Virus record (IMG/VR): IMGVR_UViG_3300006114_000052
Span: 1 to 27,074 of that record
Direction: 5' to 3' (one strand)
DNA: 27,074 bases
DNA from: a virus
Taxonomy: Duplodnaviria; Caudoviricetes
Shown: piece by piece, positions 25,532 through 27,074 of the stretch
How the letters are laid out: every line of letters starts with the position of its first letter
Numbering within the stretch: the first letter of the stretch is position 1
The notes under the pieces: generated by a model
Told to the model about the DNA's origin: nothing
Database searches by the model: none
The model's input: only the letters and a program-made list of their open reading frames with translations
Translations under genes and position numbers: made by a program

Positions 25532-26299
25532 ATGGCTTGGATTTGTTTAGCGGAATCGGAGGAATCTCAATGGCCCTTGAACCATGGGTTAGAACCGTCG
25601 CATATTGTGAGCGTGACCAATACGCTCAGGGCGTATTACTGTCCCGAATGCGATCAGGTGACATTGATCGAGCTCCGATCTGGGACGATATCACTACACT
25701 TCGCGGCGAGATGCTGCCAAGAATCAACATCATCAGCGGAGGGTTCCCCTGTCAGGACATCAGCGTTGCAGGTCGTGGAGCTGGCTTGGAAGGAAAGCAG
25801 TCAGGTCTCTTCTATGAAATATGCCGCCTTACTCGCGAGCTTCGACCCCGATTCGTATTCTTGGAAAATGTGCCAGCAATCACTGTTCGAGGACTCGACC
25901 AGGTGGGATTGGCCTTCGCTGAAATGGGGTATGATTGTAGATGGACAACTATCTCAGCCGCGAGCGTTGGAGCCCCCCATAAACGCGAAAGGTGGTTTTT
26001 ATTGGCCTACGCCAACGGTATGCGGAAATTATCAGAACAAGGGGAACATGATTGGATTAGCGACCGCAGTAAAAATGTGGCCGACACCATGCGCGAGGGA
26101 TTGGAAAGACACCGGAAAAAGTCCGTCAGAAATGAGCAGGAATTCGGTTACGCTTGCGACAATAGCTGGTGGGCAACTGAACCCGCAGTGGGTCGAGTGG
26201 CTGATGGGGTACAGAATAGGGCACACCGAATTAGATGTCTTGGTAATTCAGTGGTTCCGCTCCAAGTCAGAGAAGCGTTTAAAAAGCTCGGAGGATTGA
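25532..26299 (+). CDS. Alternative-frame partner (beta-type polypeptide: TRD + motif IX) of the C5 methyltransferase; true start may be internal
   Basis: WPTP repeats and LNPQWVEWLMGY..G.T (motif IX-like), which the alpha frame lacks; frame open for 255 codons; AGGAGG 11 nt upstream of the ATG. Confidence 0.65.
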   Translation: MAWICLAESEESQWPLNHGLEPSHIVSVTNTLRAYYCPECDQVTLIELRSGTISLHFAARCCQESTSSAEGSPVRTSALQVVELAWKESSQVSSMKYAALLASFDPDSYSWKMCQQSLFEDSTRWDWPSLKWGMIVDGQLSQPRALEPPINAKGGFYWPTPTVCGNYQNKGNMIGLATAVKMWPTPCARDWKDTGKSPSEMSRNSVTLATIAGGQLNPQWVEWLMGYRIGHTELDVLVIQWFRSKSEKRLKSSED

Positions 26300-26304
26300 A
26301 ATGA
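25537..26304 (+). CDS. DNA (cytosine-5) methyltransferase, alpha-type polypeptide (motifs I-VIII and X)
   Basis: DLFSGIGG (I), GGFPCQD (IV), FLENV (VI), PHKRERWF (VIII), R..CLGNSVVP (X). Confidence 0.9.
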   Translation: MDLFSGIGGISMALEPWVRTVAYCERDQYAQGVLLSRMRSGDIDRAPIWDDITTLRGEMLPRINIISGGFPCQDISVAGRGAGLEGKQSGLFYEICRLTRELRPRFVFLENVPAITVRGLDQVGLAFAEMGYDCRWTTISAASVGAPHKRERWFLLAYANGMRKLSEQGEHDWISDRSKNVADTMREGLERHRKKSVRNEQEFGYACDNSWWATEPAVGRVADGVQNRAHRIRCLGNSVVPLQVREAFKKLGGLK

Positions 26305-26627
26305 AGCACTACGCAAAGGCCAGGCATAAGCCAGGCGTAATGAATGTGACTGAATCCAAGTATTCTCAAATCCTAGAGCTCAGAAAGCGGGCGGGCGACA
26401 TTGTGGATTATTTCTTTGAATCCATGACCCTAAAGATCGCCCAAGACTGCCGTTACACCCCGGATTTCATGGTTGTGAATAAGGATCAGGAAATCGAGTT
26501 TCATGAGGTTAAGGGATACTGGATGGATGACGCCAAAGTAAAAATAAAAGTAGCGGCTGCAAAGTTCCCGTTTCGGTTTGTAGCTATGAAATTAGAAAAA
26601 GGTCTGTGGAAGAAAGAGGAGTTTTAA
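26301..26627 (+). CDS. PD-(D/E)XK nuclease (DUF1064-like)
   Basis: E..Y...L, YTPDF, EVKG motifs. Confidence 0.75.
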   Translation: MKHYAKARHKPGVMNVTESKYSQILELRKRAGDIVDYFFESMTLKIAQDCRYTPDFMVVNKDQEIEFHEVKGYWMDDAKVKIKVAAAKFPFRFVAMKLEKGLWKKEEF

Positions 26628-27038
26628 ATGCACCAGGTTAGACCCACAAGCGTTTTAGCGTACAACATCATCAATAAGGAAGGCTTGATCAAAGGCTTTC
26701 AGCTCGATGTGTATAACATCATCTACCGTCACGGCCCGCTCACCGCTGGAGAGATAGCGACATTCTATCGTGACCTAAAGCCCAACTCCGTCAGGGGCCG
26801 CAATGAATGCGCTAAGCGCGTCTCCGAGCTCCTTCAAATGGGGGTGGTTTACGATACCGGGAAGCTAGCGAAGTGCCCGGCTACAGGCCATACCGTAATC
26901 CTATGGGATGTGAATTCCGAACTTCCTAAAAAGCGTAAAGCCGCGGTTAAACAGAAATGCCCGCATTGCGATGGCACCGGGAAGATCGAAAAAGAAGAGC
27001 CTAAAACATTGATAACAGAACAAAAAAGCTGGTTTTAG
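26628..27038 (+). CDS. Winged-HTH DNA-binding protein with C-terminal Zn ribbon
   Basis: GPLT.GEI...KRVSEL..MG.V wHTH; CP.TG and CPHCDGTG; GAGGAG SD. Confidence 0.65.
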   Translation: MHQVRPTSVLAYNIINKEGLIKGFQLDVYNIIYRHGPLTAGEIATFYRDLKPNSVRGRNECAKRVSELLQMGVVYDTGKLAKCPATGHTVILWDVNSELPKKRKAAVKQKCPHCDGTGKIEKEEPKTLITEQKSWF

Positions 27039-27074
27039 TTTGTCACAACGACAAAAGCGCCCCAGGCAAAAGCC

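Noticed and set aside
25980-25998. NAKGG in the methyltransferase beta frame as another AxGG site
   Set aside because: Single occurrence, constrained by the overlapping KRERWF motif VIII, in a non-virion protein.
1-27074. CRISPR array, diversity-generating retroelement, introns/inteins or stop-codon reassignment
   Set aside because: No regularly spaced repeats or reverse transcriptase seen; terminase, portal and capsid genes are uninterrupted; TAA, TAG and TGA all act as stops at tightly coupled gene junctions.
27053-27074. Possible terminator after the last gene
   Set aside because: Cut by the window edge, so the second arm and U-tract cannot be seen.

Overview
The window is a continuous, gene-dense piece of a tailed dsDNA phage with podovirus (P22/T7-like short-tail) organisation, read in the standard genetic code. 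No host genes, integrase or lysis genes are recognisable. A long leftward (- strand) arm, 23212 to 1, runs from small regulators/hypotheticals through a ParB-N6/N4 methyltransferase, TerS, TerL, small internal-head-like proteins, portal, scaffold, major capsid, a second structural protein, an FN3-fused head-tail adaptor, tail fibre, tail nozzle and a GNAT to three ejection proteins. The last ejection gene (<1..2099) is missing from the ORF track. A divergent rightward arm holds a replication initiator with an internal iteron-like origin, a Rad52/Sak-like annealing protein, tRNA-Asn(GTT), a C5 methyltransferase overlapped by an alternative-frame partner ORF, a PD-(D/E)XK nuclease and an HTH/Zn-finger protein. 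The most interesting unannotated signals: (1) a ~90-nt three-hairpin antisense RNA with its own promoter and terminator, whose UCCC loop matches a duplicated 9-mer forming the initiator's ribosome-binding site; (2) a recurring (M/Y/H/K)-A-x-G-G peptide motif that delimits modules in several virion-associated proteins; (3) a thrice-repeated 21-bp motif positioned like a phage-specific late promoter. Product calls come from motif recognition and gene order, not database searches.
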